Source: Escherichia coli (GTDB lineage: Bacteria > Pseudomonadota > Gammaproteobacteria > Enterobacterales > Enterobacteriaceae). Taken from it: a stretch of 64,000 bases of DNA. A program made the position numbers and the translations under genes. How positions within the stretch are numbered: position 1 is the first letter of the stretch; each line of letters begins with the position of its first letter. The notes under the pieces were generated by a model. The model saw only the letters and a list, made by a program, of their open reading frames with translations, did not search any database and was not told where the DNA came from. This document shows positions 1 through 11,616 of the stretch, piece by piece. Location: the NCBI RefSeq assembly GCF_003334785.1, contig NZ_QOWV01000001.1. One strand, given 5' to 3'.

Positions 1-511
1 TCGGACGGCTCACCAGGTCGCCGCGCATAGACGGAATAATGCAGAAGGTGCAGCGGTGATTACAGCCTTCAGAAATTTTCAGATAGGCATAATGACGCGG
101 CGTCAGTTTCACACCTTGTTCTGGCACCAGGCTCAGGAATGGGTTGTGTTTCGGTTTTGGCACGTAGTGATGAACGTGCTCCAGAACCTGCTCATAGCTA
201 TGAGGCCCGGTGATTTCCAGCACTTTCGGGTGGACTTCGCGGATCTGATCTTCTTTTGCCCCCAGACAACCGGTCACAATAACCTTGCCGTTTTCATTCA
301 ACGCTTCACCAATGGCTTCCAGTGATTCTTGTACCGCGCTGTCAATAAAGCCGCAGGTGTTGACGATCACCATGTCCGCATCGTCATAGCTCGGTACCAC
401 GTCATAACCTTCAGTGCGGAGTTCGGTGAGAATACGCTCTGAATCAACAAGGTTTTTCGGACAGCCAAGGGAAACAAAGCCGATTTTCGGCTGGGGAGTT
501 ACTTTGCTCAT
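1..511 (-). CDS. rimO: Ribosomal protein S12 methylthiotransferase RimO, N-terminal part only (gene runs off the window start)
   Basis: Minus-strand frame with ATG at 509-511; hand translation gives [20 protein letters not shown], recognised by recall as RimO. Not in the ORF track because it is truncated by the window edge. Confidence 0.85.
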
Positions 512-723
512 AGCTTAAAAAATATTCAGTTACAGGAAAGGTCAGGGCAGGGATTCTACAGAGTTCTGGATAAAATTTGTATCGCAATCTCATTCGCTGG
601 CGGAGGCGAAGGAAATGTAAATTTTGTTAATTCGGCGTGAAGAATTGATCCTGGACAGCATTTTGCTCAAAAAATAGCCATACTATTTAATTGCAACAAG
701 GCTGGGAAGAGGAGGATCGAAGT

Positions 724-1107
724 ATGTTCGTTGACAGACAGCGAATCGATCTGCTGAACCGGTTGATCGACGCACGCGTTGACCTCGCCGCATACGTGCA
801 ACTGAGGAAGGCAAAAGGATACATGTCCGTCAGCGAAAGCAATCATCTACGAGATAACTTTTTTAAACTGAATCGCGAACTGCACGATAAATCGCTGCGG
901 TTGAATCTTCATCTGGATCAGGAAGAGTGGAGTGCTCTTCATCATGCTGAAGAAGCATTAGCGACAGCCGCAGTATGTTTGATGAGTGGGCACCATGATT
1001 GCCCGACTGTTATTACCGTCAACGCCGATAAGCTTGAAAATTGTCTGATGAGCTTAACGCTGAGTATCCAGAGCCTGCAGAAGCACGCCATGCTTGAGAA
1101 GGCCTGA
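724..1107 (+). CDS. bssR: Biofilm regulator BssR
   Basis: ORF 691-1107 trimmed to the internal ATG giving MFVDRQRIDLLNRL (127 aa); recognised by recall. Confidence 0.85.
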   Translation: MFVDRQRIDLLNRLIDARVDLAAYVQLRKAKGYMSVSESNHLRDNFFKLNRELHDKSLRLNLHLDQEEWSALHHAEEALATAAVCLMSGHHDCPTVITVNADKLENCLMSLTLSIQSLQKHAMLEKA

Positions 1108-1114
1108 AAACTAA

Positions 1115-1143
1115 GGGGGAGAAAGCGTCTCCCCCTTCATGTT
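1115..1143 (+). terminator. Rho-independent terminator after bssR
   Basis: 8-bp GC stem gggggaga/tctccccc followed by a T-rich run, a few bp after the bssR stop. Confidence 0.55.
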
Positions 1144-1217
1144 TAAGTTTTTGTAAAAATGAATTTGTTATCTCCTCCACTGACTACGCTTTAAGCCAGA
1201 GTCAATCCGGAGGCGTT

Positions 1218-2333
1218 ATGCATCGACAATCCTTTTTCCTTGTGCCCCTTATTTGTCTTTCTTCCGCTCTCTGGGCGGCTCCTGCAACGGTAAATGTCGA
1301 AGTACTGCAAGACAAACTCGACCATCCCTGGGCACTGGCCTTTTTACCCGATAATCACGGTATGTTAATCACTCTGCGCGGCGGCGAGTTGCGTCACTGG
1401 CAAGCAGGAAAAGGATTATCTGCGCCGCTTTCCGGAGTTCCGGACGTTTGGGCGCACGGGCAGGGCGGCCTGCTGGACGTGGTTTTAGCGCCTGATTTTG
1501 CTCAGTCTCGCCGCATCTGGTTAAGTTATTCCGAAGTTGGCGATGATGGCAAAGCCGGAACTGCTGTGGGTTATGGCCGCTTAAGTGATGATCTCTCAAA
1601 AGTGACCGACTTCCGCACCGTCTTTCGCCAGATGCCAAAACTGTCTACCGGCAACCATTTTGGCGGGCGGCTGGTATTCGACGGTAAAGGTTATCTTTTT
1701 ATTGCTCTGGGCGAAAACAATCAGCGCCCGACGGCGCAGGATCTGGATAAATTACAGGGCAAACTGGTGCGTCTGACCGACCAGGGCGAAATCCCGGATG
1801 ATAATCCTTTTATAAAGGAATCCGGTGCGCGCGCCGAGATCTGGTCTTATGGCATTCGTAATCCGCAAGGAATGGCGATGAATCCGTGGAGTAATGCACT
1901 GTGGCTGAATGAACATGGCCCGCGCGGTGGTGATGAAATTAATATCCCGCAAAAAGGCAAAAACTACGGCTGGCCGCTGGCAACCTGGGGAATCAACTAT
2001 TCAGGCTTTAAGATACCGGAAGCGAAAGGGGAGATCGTCGCCGGGACCGAGCAACCTGTTTTTTACTGGAAAGATTCGCCCGCTGTGAGCGGCATGGCCT
2101 TCTATAACAGCGATAAATTCCCCCAGTGGCAGCAAAAATTATTTATTGGCGCGCTGAAAGATAAAGATGTCATTGTGATGAGCGTCAACGGCGACAAAGT
2201 GACAGAAGATGGCCGTATTTTAACGGACAGAGGGCAGCGAATTCGTGATGTTCGCACTGGACCCGACGGTTATTTATACGTTCTCACCGACGAGTCCAGT
2301 GGGGAATTACTTAAAGTTAGCCCACGCAATTAG
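1218..2333 (+). CDS. yliI: Soluble aldose sugar dehydrogenase YliI
   Basis: 371-aa ORF with an N-terminal signal peptide; recognised by recall; K-12 gene order. Confidence 0.85.
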
Positions 2334-2956
2334 CTAACGGGAATCATCACCACTTTGCGCACTGCGGGGCGTTCAGTGAGTTGCTGATACCAGCGTTGCA
2401 GATTTGGACGCGGTGTCCAGGTCAGGCCAACGTTAAACAAATTGTAGATGAACGGTGCGATAGCGATATCGCCCACACCAAACTCGTCGCCAGAGAACCA
2501 TTTTACTTTTGCCAGTTCCGCATCGAGCAGGGCAAACAGGGCGTCGCACTCTTTGCAACTGGCATCAATGGCGGCCTGATCGCGCTCTTCCGGTGGTGTT
2601 CTGACTAATCCCATCAGGATCCCGCGATGAGCATTACTGAGCGTCTGGTTTGCCCAGTCCATCCATTTTTCCGCTTCCGCACGACGTGCCGGTGAGTCGA
2701 TCCACAGGCGTTTTTGCCCGTACTGTGCCGCCAGATAGCGGACAATGGCGTTTGATTCCCAAAGAATGAGATCACTTTCGTCGTCACGCAACAACGGCAC
2801 CAGCCCGTTAGGGTTCATCGCCAGAAAATCAGCATCGTGATTTATCCCAAACTCACGGCCCGCGAGAATTTGCTCATAAGGTAGTTCCAGTTCTTCGAGC
2901 GTCAGCAATACTTTTTTTACGTTAGTTGAATTATTCCGACCCCACAGCGTAATCAT
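2330..2956 (-). CDS. gstB: Glutathione S-transferase GstB
   Basis: ORF trimmed to ATG at 2956 ([10 protein letters not shown], 208 aa); recognised by recall. Confidence 0.85.
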
Positions 2957-3202
2957 ACTCACCCCTTTTCCGACAGGCAGCCACAGGCTGAACAGGACTC
3001 CGATGGTGAAGTAAAGTTAACTTTTAAGCAACAGCTGGCAAAAAAATGACACCAGAAGCAGCGAAGCGGCAGGATATTGCATAAACTTTAAAAACTTTAC
3101 CAACTTACGGTTTCTTTAAGTTTGTGTGTGCGTTATTAATCACCAAACTTATCATACGGCGATATAACGTATTTTTTTTGAATGGATACTCGGGTGGCAT
3201 TT

Positions 3203-4405
3203 ATGACGCAATACTCCTCTCTCCTTCGTGGTCTTGCAGCGGGTTCTGCATTTTTATTCCTTTTTGCCCCAACGGCATTCGCGGCGGAACAAACCGTTGA
3301 AGCGCCGAGCGTGGATGCGCGTGCATGGATTTTAATGGATTACGCCAGCGGTAAAGTGCTGGCAGAAGGCAATGCGGATGAGAAACTGGATCCCGCGAGC
3401 CTGACTAAAATCATGACCAGCTATGTGGTTGGGCAGGCGCTTAAGGCCGATAAGATTAAACTCACCGATATGGTGACGGTCGGTAAAGATGCCTGGGCGA
3501 CGGGAAATCCGGCACTGCGTGGTTCATCGGTAATGTTCCTCAAACCGGGCGATCAGGTTTCGGTGGCAGACTTGAACAAAGGTGTGATTATCCAGTCCGG
3601 TAATGACGCCTGTATTGCGCTGGCTGATTACGTTGCCGGGAGCCAGGAGTCATTTATTGGTCTGATGAATGGTTATGCCAAAAAACTGGGTCTGACCAAC
3701 ACTACCTTCCAGACGGTGCACGGCCTGGATGCGCCGGGGCAGTTCAGCACCGCGCGCGATATGGCATTGCTGGGTAAAGCATTGATCCACGATGTGCCGG
3801 AAGAGTACGCCATTCATAAAGAGAAAGAGTTCACCTTCAACAAAATTCGTCAGCCTAACCGTAACCGTCTGCTGTGGAGCAGCAATCTGAATGTTGATGG
3901 CATGAAGACAGGAACCACGGCAGGCGCGGGATATAATCTGGTTGCTTCGGCTACCCAGGGCGATATGCGTTTAATCTCCGTAGTGTTGGGGGCGAAAACC
4001 GACCGTATCCGTTTTAATGAGTCTGAGAAATTATTGACCTGGGGTTTCCGCTTCTTTGAAACCGTGACGCCAATTAAACCTGATGCCACCTTTGTGACTC
4101 AGCGCGTCTGGTTTGGTGATAAGAGCGAAGTGAATCTCGGGGCAGGTGAAGCGGGCTCAGTGACCATACCGCGTGGGCAGCTGAAAAACCTGAAAGCGAG
4201 TTATACGTTAACGGAACCGCAGCTTACCGCACCGCTGAAAAAAGGTCAGGTTGTCGGGACCATTGATTTCCAGCTTAACGGTAAATCCATTGAGCAGCGT
4301 CCGCTGATCGTGATGGAAAATGTGGAAGAGGGCGGATTCTTTGGTCGGGTGTGGGATTTCGTGATGATGAAATTCCATCAGTGGTTCGGCAGCTGGTTCT
4401 CTTAA
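3203..4405 (+). CDS. dacC: D-alanyl-D-alanine carboxypeptidase PBP6
   Basis: ORF trimmed to [11 protein letters not shown] (400 aa); signal peptide and SxxK-type motif region; recognised by recall. Confidence 0.9.
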   Translation: MTQYSSLLRGLAAGSAFLFLFAPTAFAAEQTVEAPSVDARAWILMDYASGKVLAEGNADEKLDPASLTKIMTSYVVGQALKADKIKLTDMVTVGKDAWATGNPALRGSSVMFLKPGDQVSVADLNKGVIIQSGNDACIALADYVAGSQESFIGLMNGYAKKLGLTNTTFQTVHGLDAPGQFSTARDMALLGKALIHDVPEEYAIHKEKEFTFNKIRQPNRNRLLWSSNLNVDGMKTGTTAGAGYNLVASATQGDMRLISVVLGAKTDRIRFNESEKLLTWGFRFFETVTPIKPDATFVTQRVWFGDKSEVNLGAGEAGSVTIPRGQLKNLKASYTLTEPQLTAPLKKGQVVGTIDFQLNGKSIEQRPLIVMENVEEGGFFGRVWDFVMMKFHQWFGSWFS

Positions 4406-4451
4406 TCTTCTGATAACCGGATGGCGCGAAACGTCATCCGGTTATACGTCA

Positions 4452-5210
4452 TTAATACATCAACTTAATGCGCTGCGTCTGCGCGTACTTCACATACTCA
4501 TCTTCCGGGCAACAATCGCTCACCACAATATCAAAGCGTTTCAGGTCACCCATGCGCGCCGGACGCACCTTGCCAAATTTACTGTGGTCGACAACCAGCA
4601 CATGCTTTTGCGCCATCGACATGGCCCAGTGTTTTACCGGCAACTCTTCAAGATTAAAACAGGTAGCGCCTTTACTGACATGCACGCCCGCCGCAGAATA
4701 AAAAGCGATATCCGGGCAAAAATTATTCAGCGTTTGCTGAAAATCGATGGGTTTGAAAATGGCGTTGCTGGCGTGAAATTCACCACCGCAAAGAAACGCG
4801 CGGCAATGGGGTTTCTCTTTCAGCGCCAGAAAGGTATTTAGCGAATAACAAACGGCGGTAAAAGGGATTTCATTATCAATCGCTTCAATAATCCACGGCG
4901 TGGTGGTGCCACAGTCAAAAAAGAGGGTCTGATCGGGTTCTACCAGCGTCGCAGCCAGTTTTGCCGCCCGGCGTTTTTCTTCCACCAGGCGGGATTTTTG
5001 ATCGCTTAACAGGTAATGGCTGGCACTGCGCGGTTCCAGAACAATATAGCCGCCGAGCAAAACGACGGGCGCACTGTGGTTGTTCAGATCGCGACGAATC
5101 GTCATCTCCGAAACCCCAAGCAGGGCGGCGGCGTCTTTAAGATGTAACTTATCGCTGCGTTTTAATTCTTGCAGCAGCTGCCCGATACGCTCTTCGCGAC
5201 GTGTTTCCAT
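4452..5210 (-). CDS. deoR: Deoxyribose operon repressor DeoR
   Basis: 252-aa ORF with an N-terminal HTH; recognised by recall. Confidence 0.9.
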   Translation of the reverse strand: METRREERIGQLLQELKRSDKLHLKDAAALLGVSEMTIRRDLNNHSAPVVLLGGYIVLEPRSASHYLLSDQKSRLVEEKRRAAKLAATLVEPDQTLFFDCGTTTPWIIEAIDNEIPFTAVCYSLNTFLALKEKPHCRAFLCGGEFHASNAIFKPIDFQQTLNNFCPDIAFYSAAGVHVSKGATCFNLEELPVKHWAMSMAQKHVLVVDHSKFGKVRPARMGDLKRFDIVVSDCCPEDEYVKYAQTQRIKLMY

Positions 5211-5267
5211 AATCCCTCTGAATAGTTATTGAAGCGAGCCGCTCAATACTACACTTTTTAGCAGAGA

Positions 5268-5864
5268 TCAGTCACGCACCCAGCCTTTGCGGATCGGTAA
5301 TGCAAAACAGACGCGATACCACGATTGCAGACGTTGATAGAGTTTATGCCCCATCGCTTGCCAGATAATCTGGGCACTAAGGCAGCCAATCATACCTGCC
5401 AGCAATCCACCGAGCATATCCAGCGGCCAGTGGACGCCAAGATAAACGCGCGACCAGGCAATGACGACGGCCAGCACCATTAAAAGTGAGCCGGACCACA
5501 GGCGATGCCAGCATAAAAATGCCAGTGCAAAGGTGAAAATCACCGTACCGTGATCGCTTGGGAATGAGTCATCCGCCGCATGATGCAGGAAGTTATAGCC
5601 GATATTTTCGACAAAGGGTCGGTCGTGCGGAAAAAGATGTCCCATCGTCCAGGACACAAACAGGCTGACCGCCAGCGCGATAGCGATTTTTATCACCAGT
5701 TGCCGTTGTGCTGTAAGCCCCCACAACCAAAGTACCACGGCCAGCAACGGCACCACGGTAATCAAATCTTTAGCAATAAAAATCGCCAACGAGATCATCC
5801 ACGGAGCCGAGTCTGGCGTCGCGTTAATAAGAGAGAATAGAGAGAGATTCAAATTTTCCAGCAT
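5268..5864 (-). CDS. ybjG: Undecaprenyl-pyrophosphate phosphatase YbjG (PAP2 family)
   Basis: ORF trimmed to ATG at 5864 (MLENLNLSLF, 198 aa); polytopic membrane protein; recognised by recall. Confidence 0.85.
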   Translation of the reverse strand: MLENLNLSLFSLINATPDSAPWMISLAIFIAKDLITVVPLLAVVLWLWGLTAQRQLVIKIAIALAVSLFVSWTMGHLFPHDRPFVENIGYNFLHHAADDSFPSDHGTVIFTFALAFLCWHRLWSGSLLMVLAVVIAWSRVYLGVHWPLDMLGGLLAGMIGCLSAQIIWQAMGHKLYQRLQSWYRVCFALPIRKGWVRD

Positions 5865-6148
5865 AACTTCCCGACGCAAAGTGATTAAAAGGGAGCCAAT
5901 ACAGGCAAGTCGTTGAGAATAAAGTGCAGGTTAAACTGGGTAAAGCGGCATCGTCTTATTTCCCTCAAGCGGCCTGTTTACGGTGGGTGATTGTAACGGG
6001 CATAGGTTAAATAAAACTTAAAGAAAGCGTAGCTATACTCGTAATAATGTAAGAATGTGCTTAACCGTGGTTTCAGCTACAAAATTCGCTTTCTCGTTAG
6101 CTGCGCTTTTATTAAACTCTGCGCGATTATTATTGGCGAAGAAATTGC

Positions 6149-7381
6149 ATGCAAAATAAATTAGCTTCCGGTGCCAGGCTTGGACGTCAGGCGTTACTTT
6201 TCCCTCTCTGTCTGGTGCTTTACGAATTTTCAACCTATATCGGCAACGATATGATTCAACCCGGTATGTTGGCCGTGGTGGAACAATATCAGGCGGGCAT
6301 TGATTGGGTTCCTACTTCGATGACCGCGTATCTGGCGGGCGGGATGTTTTTACAATGGCTGCTGGGGCCGCTGTCGGATCGTATTGGTCGCCGTCCGGTG
6401 ATGCTGGCGGGAGTGGTGTGGTTTATCGTCACCTGTCTGGCAATATTGCTGGCGCAAAACATTGAACAATTCACCCTGTTGCGCTTCTTGCAGGGCATAA
6501 GCCTCTGTTTCATTGGCGCTGTGGGATACGCCGCAATTCAGGAATCCTTCGAAGAGGCGGTTTGTATCAAGATCACCGCGCTGATGGCGAACGTGGCGCT
6601 GATTGCTCCGCTACTTGGTCCGCTGGTGGGCGCGGCGTGGATCCATGTGCTGCCCTGGGAGGGGATGTTTGTTTTGTTTGCCGCATTGGCAGCGATCTCC
6701 TTTTTCGGTCTGCAACGAGCCATGCCTGAAACCGCCACGCGTATAGGCGAGAAACTGTCACTGAAAGAACTCGGTCGTGACTATAAGCTGGTGCTGAAGA
6801 ACGGCCGCTTTGTGGCGGGGGCGCTGGCGCTGGGATTCGTTAGTCTGCCGTTGCTGGCGTGGATCGCCCAGTCGCCGATTATCATCATTACCGGCGAGCA
6901 GTTGAGCAGCTATGAATATGGCTTGCTGCAAGTGCCTATTTTCGGGGCGTTAATTGCGGGTAACTTGCTGTTAGCGCGTCTGACCTCGCGCCGCACCGTA
7001 CGTTCGCTGATTATTATGGGCGGCTGGCCGATTATGATTGGTCTATTGGTCGCTGCTGCGGCAACGGTTATCTCATCGCACGCGTATTTATGGATGACTG
7101 CCGGGTTAAGTATTTATGCTTTCGGTATTGGTCTGGCGAATGCGGGACTGGTGCGATTAACCCTGTTTGCCAGCGATATGAGTAAAGGTACGGTTTCTGC
7201 CGCGATGGGAATGCTGCAAATGCTGATCTTTACCGTTGGTATTGAAATCAGCAAACATGCCTGGCTGAACGGGGGCAACGGACTGTTTAATCTCTTCAAC
7301 CTTGTCAACGGAATTTTGTGGCTGTCGCTGATGGTTATCTTTTTAAAAGATAAACAGATGGGAAATTCTCACGAAGGGTAA
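6149..7381 (+). CDS. mdfA: Multidrug efflux MFS transporter MdfA
   Basis: 410-aa ORF, 12-TM MFS-like hydrophobic profile; recognised by recall. Confidence 0.9.
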
Positions 7382-7421
7382 AAAAATGCCTGACTGCTTT
7401 GTGCGATCAGGCATTCTCGAA

Positions 7422-7706
7422 TTAATGGTGATGGTCGTCAATCTGGTGTTCGATAACCATCCCTTCACCTACGCTGGCAAGATGGCGAACATAAGGATGC
7501 GGGCGGTATGCCGGAGCTGGCGCAGGAGCCACATAGACGGTTTGCGGCACAGTCGCGACGCTGACCGCTTGTGGAACGCTGACTGAATCAGGAACCACAA
7601 CCACTTTGTATCCACTCGGCACATCGACGGTGACACTTTGCGCCATCGCCACACCAGTAAAGCCCATTAAAAGCGCGCCCAACAGTAGACAATTTTTCAT
7701 AATCAT
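7422..7706 (-). CDS. ybjH: Secreted small protein YbjH
   Basis: 94-aa ORF with an N-terminal signal peptide; K-12 position. Confidence 0.75.
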   Translation of the reverse strand: MIMKNCLLLGALLMGFTGVAMAQSVTVDVPSGYKVVVVPDSVSVPQAVSVATVPQTVYVAPAPAPAYRPHPYVRHLASVGEGMVIEHQIDDHHH

Positions 7707-7791
7707 TTCGCCTGAAATAATGCAGCGGGTTAATTTCCGCGAATTATGCAGCCTTCATTCAGGCATTGTGTTGCCGGGCGTGCTGCCGGTT

Positions 7792-8607
7792 TTATTGGTC
7801 AAATGGCGCTTCGTGTTTAAGAACTTTATCGATCACATCCAGTACGCCTTCACGGTTATTGGAGCCTGCGCGGTATTTTGCCGCTGCGACGACCGCGCTA
7901 CCGGCATTTTCCATTGCAAAACTAAAGCCTGCCTGACGCAGCATCTCAATATCGTTACCGCCATCGCCAAAGACCACCACTTCGCTGTCGTCTATTCCCC
8001 ATAATTTCTGCAGTTGGCGAAGGCCATTGGCTTTATGTACGCCGGGGATAATCAGATCGATGCTGCCGTTGCCGGTGTGGACCGACACCATAATATCGCC
8101 GATGGCCTCATGTAATGCTTTTTGTACTTGTGGAATCAGTTCATCGGAAAGATTCAGGCCAAACTTAAAGAAGATATCCTCTAAGTTGTCAAAGTTATCG
8201 ACGTATTCCAGACGGTGATAATACATTTCCGCCACCGTTTTCATGGCATCGTCATATTTTTTGAGTGTATAGGCACTATTTTTTCCGCAGGCAATAATTT
8301 CCACTTCCGGGCGCGTCAGCAAATGTTCCACGACAGTAGCAAACGCATCCTTCGATAGCTCGCCATTAAAAACATCTTTGCCTTCGCTCACTACCCAGCC
8401 GCCGTTTTCAGCCACAAAGGCAATTTCATTAGCAATTTCAGGGAAGAAAGAGATCAACTGATAATATTGATTCCCGCTGGCGACTACAAAGCGAATTCCT
8501 TGTGCTTTCATTTGCTGATACTGAGCCATAAACCGCTCACGGTTATAGGTTTTTTGATCGCTTAAGAAAGTACCATCCATGTCTACCGCAATTAATTTAA
8601 TGCTCAT
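7792..8607 (-). CDS. ybjI: HAD-family FMN/sugar phosphatase YbjI
   Basis: ORF trimmed to ATG at 8607 ([13 protein letters not shown] with the HAD DxDGT motif); overlaps the ybjJ stop. Confidence 0.85.
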   Translation of the reverse strand: MSIKLIAVDMDGTFLSDQKTYNRERFMAQYQQMKAQGIRFVVASGNQYYQLISFFPEIANEIAFVAENGGWVVSEGKDVFNGELSKDAFATVVEHLLTRPEVEIIACGKNSAYTLKKYDDAMKTVAEMYYHRLEYVDNFDNLEDIFFKFGLNLSDELIPQVQKALHEAIGDIMVSVHTGNGSIDLIIPGVHKANGLRQLQKLWGIDDSEVVVFGDGGNDIEMLRQAGFSFAMENAGSAVVAAAKYRAGSNNREGVLDVIDKVLKHEAPFDQ

Positions 8608-9815
8608 CAACTATTCTCCATCGCCGTCTGCGTTTTGGTATCGGGTTTGGCGACGGCTTTCGCGACAATAGCCGCGAGAATAACCAGCGCCAGTACAACC
8701 AGCATTGCACTACGTAATCCATAATGTTCGCCGAGATAGCCCAGCAGCGGCGGCCCGACGAGGAAAGCCAGATAACCGGTCGTTGCTACCACACTGACGC
8801 GGGTTGGTGCATCGGGGCCGGTATCGCTGGCGGCAGAAATGGTCAGCGGGAAGCCCAGCGAGGCACCCAGTCCCCAGAGTACAACAGACACCCCAGCGAC
8901 CCAGGCGCTATCGACAAAAATAATCAGCCCAATACCCAACGCCCCCATTAGTGCACTGGCCCGAACCACGGCAACGCGACTGTAACGGTCGATGAACCAA
9001 CCGCCGGTGAAGCGTCCAACGGTCATCCCCAGGGTAAAACCGGCATAAATCAGCGAGCCGGAAGTAGGGCTAAAACCGTGACCGTCAACCATTAATAAGG
9101 GTAACCAGTCGTTGGCAGAACCTTCGGCAAAGGCCATCGCCAGCACCACAACACCTATCAGCAGCAACTGGATATCGCGATAAAAAGGTACGCCTTTTTC
9201 GCCATGCTGGGTGCCATCGGCAGCATTTTTGCCCGTACCGTCAGGGATTGCCTGAATGGCGATATAAATAGGTGCGATACCTACCAGCGCCGCCAATAAA
9301 ATGTGCACCGTTGCCGGAACGCCAAAGGCCGTCAGTGCCATCCCGACACCTGCGCCTGCCAGCGTGCCCAGGCTATAAAAACCGTGCATCATCGGCAAAA
9401 CCGTCTTATTCATTTCTCGCTCAACGGCAGCACCTTCAACGTTTATCGCCACTTCCGCAGAACCAAAACTTGCCCCAAAGACGCCGAGACCAACGGCAAA
9501 GAGCAGGGGCGATGTCAGCCAGAGTGCCAGACTTAATATCATCATCCCGATCAATGCGCAGGACATCGTGACCAGGATGACATTACGTGTCCCAAAGCGT
9601 TTCACTAACCACGCCGAGCAGAGAATACCGCTCATCGAACCGATCGACAGACCAAAGAGAACACCGCCCATTTCAGCGATCGAGACAGAGAGAATATCGC
9701 GGATAGCAGGCGTACGGGTTGCCCAGGACGCCATTAACAGGCCTGGCAAAAAGAAGAACATAAACAGCGCCCAGGTTCGGCGTTTCAATGCATTACGTGA
9801 AGAATTTACGGTCAT
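8607..9815 (-). CDS. ybjJ: MFS transporter YbjJ
   Basis: 402-aa polytopic ORF; K-12 position and recall. Confidence 0.85.
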
Positions 9816-9898
9816 AGATCACGTCAAAATAAGAAGAGGGAAGACAACATTAGCAAGGTTGTGTACATTTGTACACAATTGCAGAGAGAGGAAATGAC

Positions 9899-10435
9899 AT
9901 GCGTCGCGCTAACGATCCGCAACGGCGAGAAAAAATTATCCAGGCCACGCTGGAGGCGGTGAAACTTTACGGAATACATGCTGTTACGCACCGCAAAATT
10001 GCTACCCTTGCCGGGGTACCGTTGGGATCGATGACCTACTATTTTTCAGGAATTGATGAGTTGTTACTGGAGGCGTTCAGCAGTTTTACTGAGATCATGT
10101 CCCGGCAATATCAGGCATTTTTTAGCGATGTTAGTGATGCTCCGGGCGCATGCCAGGCTATCACCGATATGATCTACAGCTCACAGGTTGCAACGCCGGA
10201 TAACATGGAGCTGATGTACCAGCTCTACGCGCTGGCTAGCCGAAAACCGCTATTAAAAACGGTAATGCAAAACTGGATGCAGCGCAGTCAGCAAACGCTC
10301 GAACAATGGTTTGAACCCGGAACCGCCCGCGCGCTTGATGCGTTTATTGAGGGGATGACGCTGCATTTTGTCACCGACCGTAAGCCGCTATCGCGCGAGG
10401 AGATTTTGAGGATGGTTGAGAGGGTTGCAGGGTAG
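9899..10435 (+). CDS. rcdA: TetR-family transcriptional regulator RcdA (YbjK)
   Basis: ORF trimmed to [15 protein letters not shown] (178 aa); N-terminal TetR-type HTH; recognised by recall. Confidence 0.85.
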
Positions 10436-10451
10436 TAGATAAGTTTTAGAT

Positions 10452-10465
10452 AACAAAAAACCCAT
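10452..10465. repeat. Left copy of 14-bp direct repeat (putative attL core)
   Basis: aacaaaaaacccat, identical to 22039-22052; lies 16 bp after the rcdA stop. Confidence 0.55.
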
Positions 10466-10480
10466 TTATGTAAACGGGTT
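10453..10480 (-). terminator. Hairpin plus U-tract downstream of int, rebuilt at the attL junction
   Basis: Minus strand reads aacccgtttacataaatgggtt followed by ttttttgtt; about 9-bp stem with one G-U pair. Confidence 0.45.
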
Positions 10481-10484
10481 AATG

Positions 10485-10521
10485 AAAACAATAAGTTAGG
10501 TTAAAAACAATAAGTTAGGTT
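10485..10521. repeat. Tandem 18-bp direct repeat (2 copies, 19-bp period) between attL core and int
   Basis: aaaacaataagttaggtt at 10485-10502 and 10504-10521; candidate arm-type Int/accessory-factor binding sites. Confidence 0.5.
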
Positions 10522-10539
10522 GGTGGTCAGTGGTGGTTA

Positions 10540-11592
10540 TTACGGGGTAATGCCAACCGCTGCCGCCACTTTGTCGCCACTTGGCAGCGTTGCCAGAGGA
10601 TTGAAACGGAGCGCCGTTTCTAGATGATCCGGTGCCAGATGTGCGTAACGCATAGTCATTTTTATATCGTGGTGTCCGAGAATTTTTTGTAAGGCCAGAA
10701 TGTTTCCACCCGACATCATGAAGTGCGCCGCAAACGTATGGCGCAGAACGTGTGTGAGTTGACCGCGAGGGAGCACGATAGACGTTTTTTCCATCACGGA
10801 TAAAAATTGAAAATAGCAGTCTGTGAAGAAATTGAACCCATCAAGCGCCATGATCTCTTCGTAAAGCTCTTTACTGATAGGGATGCTTCTGTTTTTCTTC
10901 CCCTTCGTTCTGACAAAGGTAATTCGGTATTTGGTCACCTGTGAGCGGGTAAGATTTACGGCTTCACGCCAGCGTGCGCCTGTGCTTAAGCATATCTTAA
11001 CTACCAGTGCCAGAATTGGGTCCTGACGTTTGCAATCAGCCAGCAATTCAACAATCTGCTCATGGGTAAGCCATGCCATCTCTTTTTCTGCGATGGTGAA
11101 TTTTCGCATGTTCTCCAGTGGGTTCGGATACGACCATTCGCCCAGACGGGATAGTTCGCTAAAAACACTACTTAGATAGCTTTGCTCCAGGTTAATGGTG
11201 ACCGGGCTTGCTCCTTTCTTCCATTTCTCGCTGAAGTAGATCTCGCCTGTCAGGCGTTTATCTCGATAGTGGGCAAACATTTTAGAGGTGAGATCGGTTG
11301 CAAGAGGATTGCCCAGAGCGTCAACCATCAACAGCAATTTGTCATAGACATGCTGCCCAGCTGTCAGAGATTTACCATGTAGTTTGAACCATAGCTCAAC
11401 CACGTCTTTCAGTGTTCGACGATCCACTGATTCACCCAGCCAGGGCTTTGCTTCGGTTTCTTCCATCGTGTGGCGCTCAAAAGCCAGTGCTTCGCCTTTG
11501 GTGGCGAATTGTTTACGCACACGACGCCCACTTCGTCCGGCGGGGTAACATTCGCAAAGCCATTTCCCTGTGGTTAGTTTTCGTACTGCCAT
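10540..11592 (-). CDS. int: Phage tyrosine integrase
   Basis: 350-aa ORF; C-terminal catalytic region with RHTFAAH and HxxR...Y (LGHHDIKMTMRYAHL) typical of tyrosine recombinases; position next to the att repeat. Confidence 0.9.
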   Translation of the reverse strand: MAVRKLTTGKWLCECYPAGRSGRRVRKQFATKGEALAFERHTMEETEAKPWLGESVDRRTLKDVVELWFKLHGKSLTAGQHVYDKLLLMVDALGNPLATDLTSKMFAHYRDKRLTGEIYFSEKWKKGASPVTINLEQSYLSSVFSELSRLGEWSYPNPLENMRKFTIAEKEMAWLTHEQIVELLADCKRQDPILALVVKICLSTGARWREAVNLTRSQVTKYRITFVRTKGKKNRSIPISKELYEEIMALDGFNFFTDCYFQFLSVMEKTSIVLPRGQLTHVLRHTFAAHFMMSGGNILALQKILGHHDIKMTMRYAHLAPDHLETALRFNPLATLPSGDKVAAAVGITP

Positions 11593-11596
11593 AAAA

Positions 11597-11616
11597 AGCC
11601 CTCATATCAGAGGGCT
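11597..11616 (-). promoter_or_regulatory. Stem-loop immediately upstream of the int start codon; its 3' arm contains the int Shine-Dalgarno
   Basis: Minus strand reads AGCCCTC-TGATAT-GAGGGCT-TTTT-ATG(int); 7-bp GC-rich stem, with GAGGG 6 nt upstream of the ATG. Confidence 0.5.
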
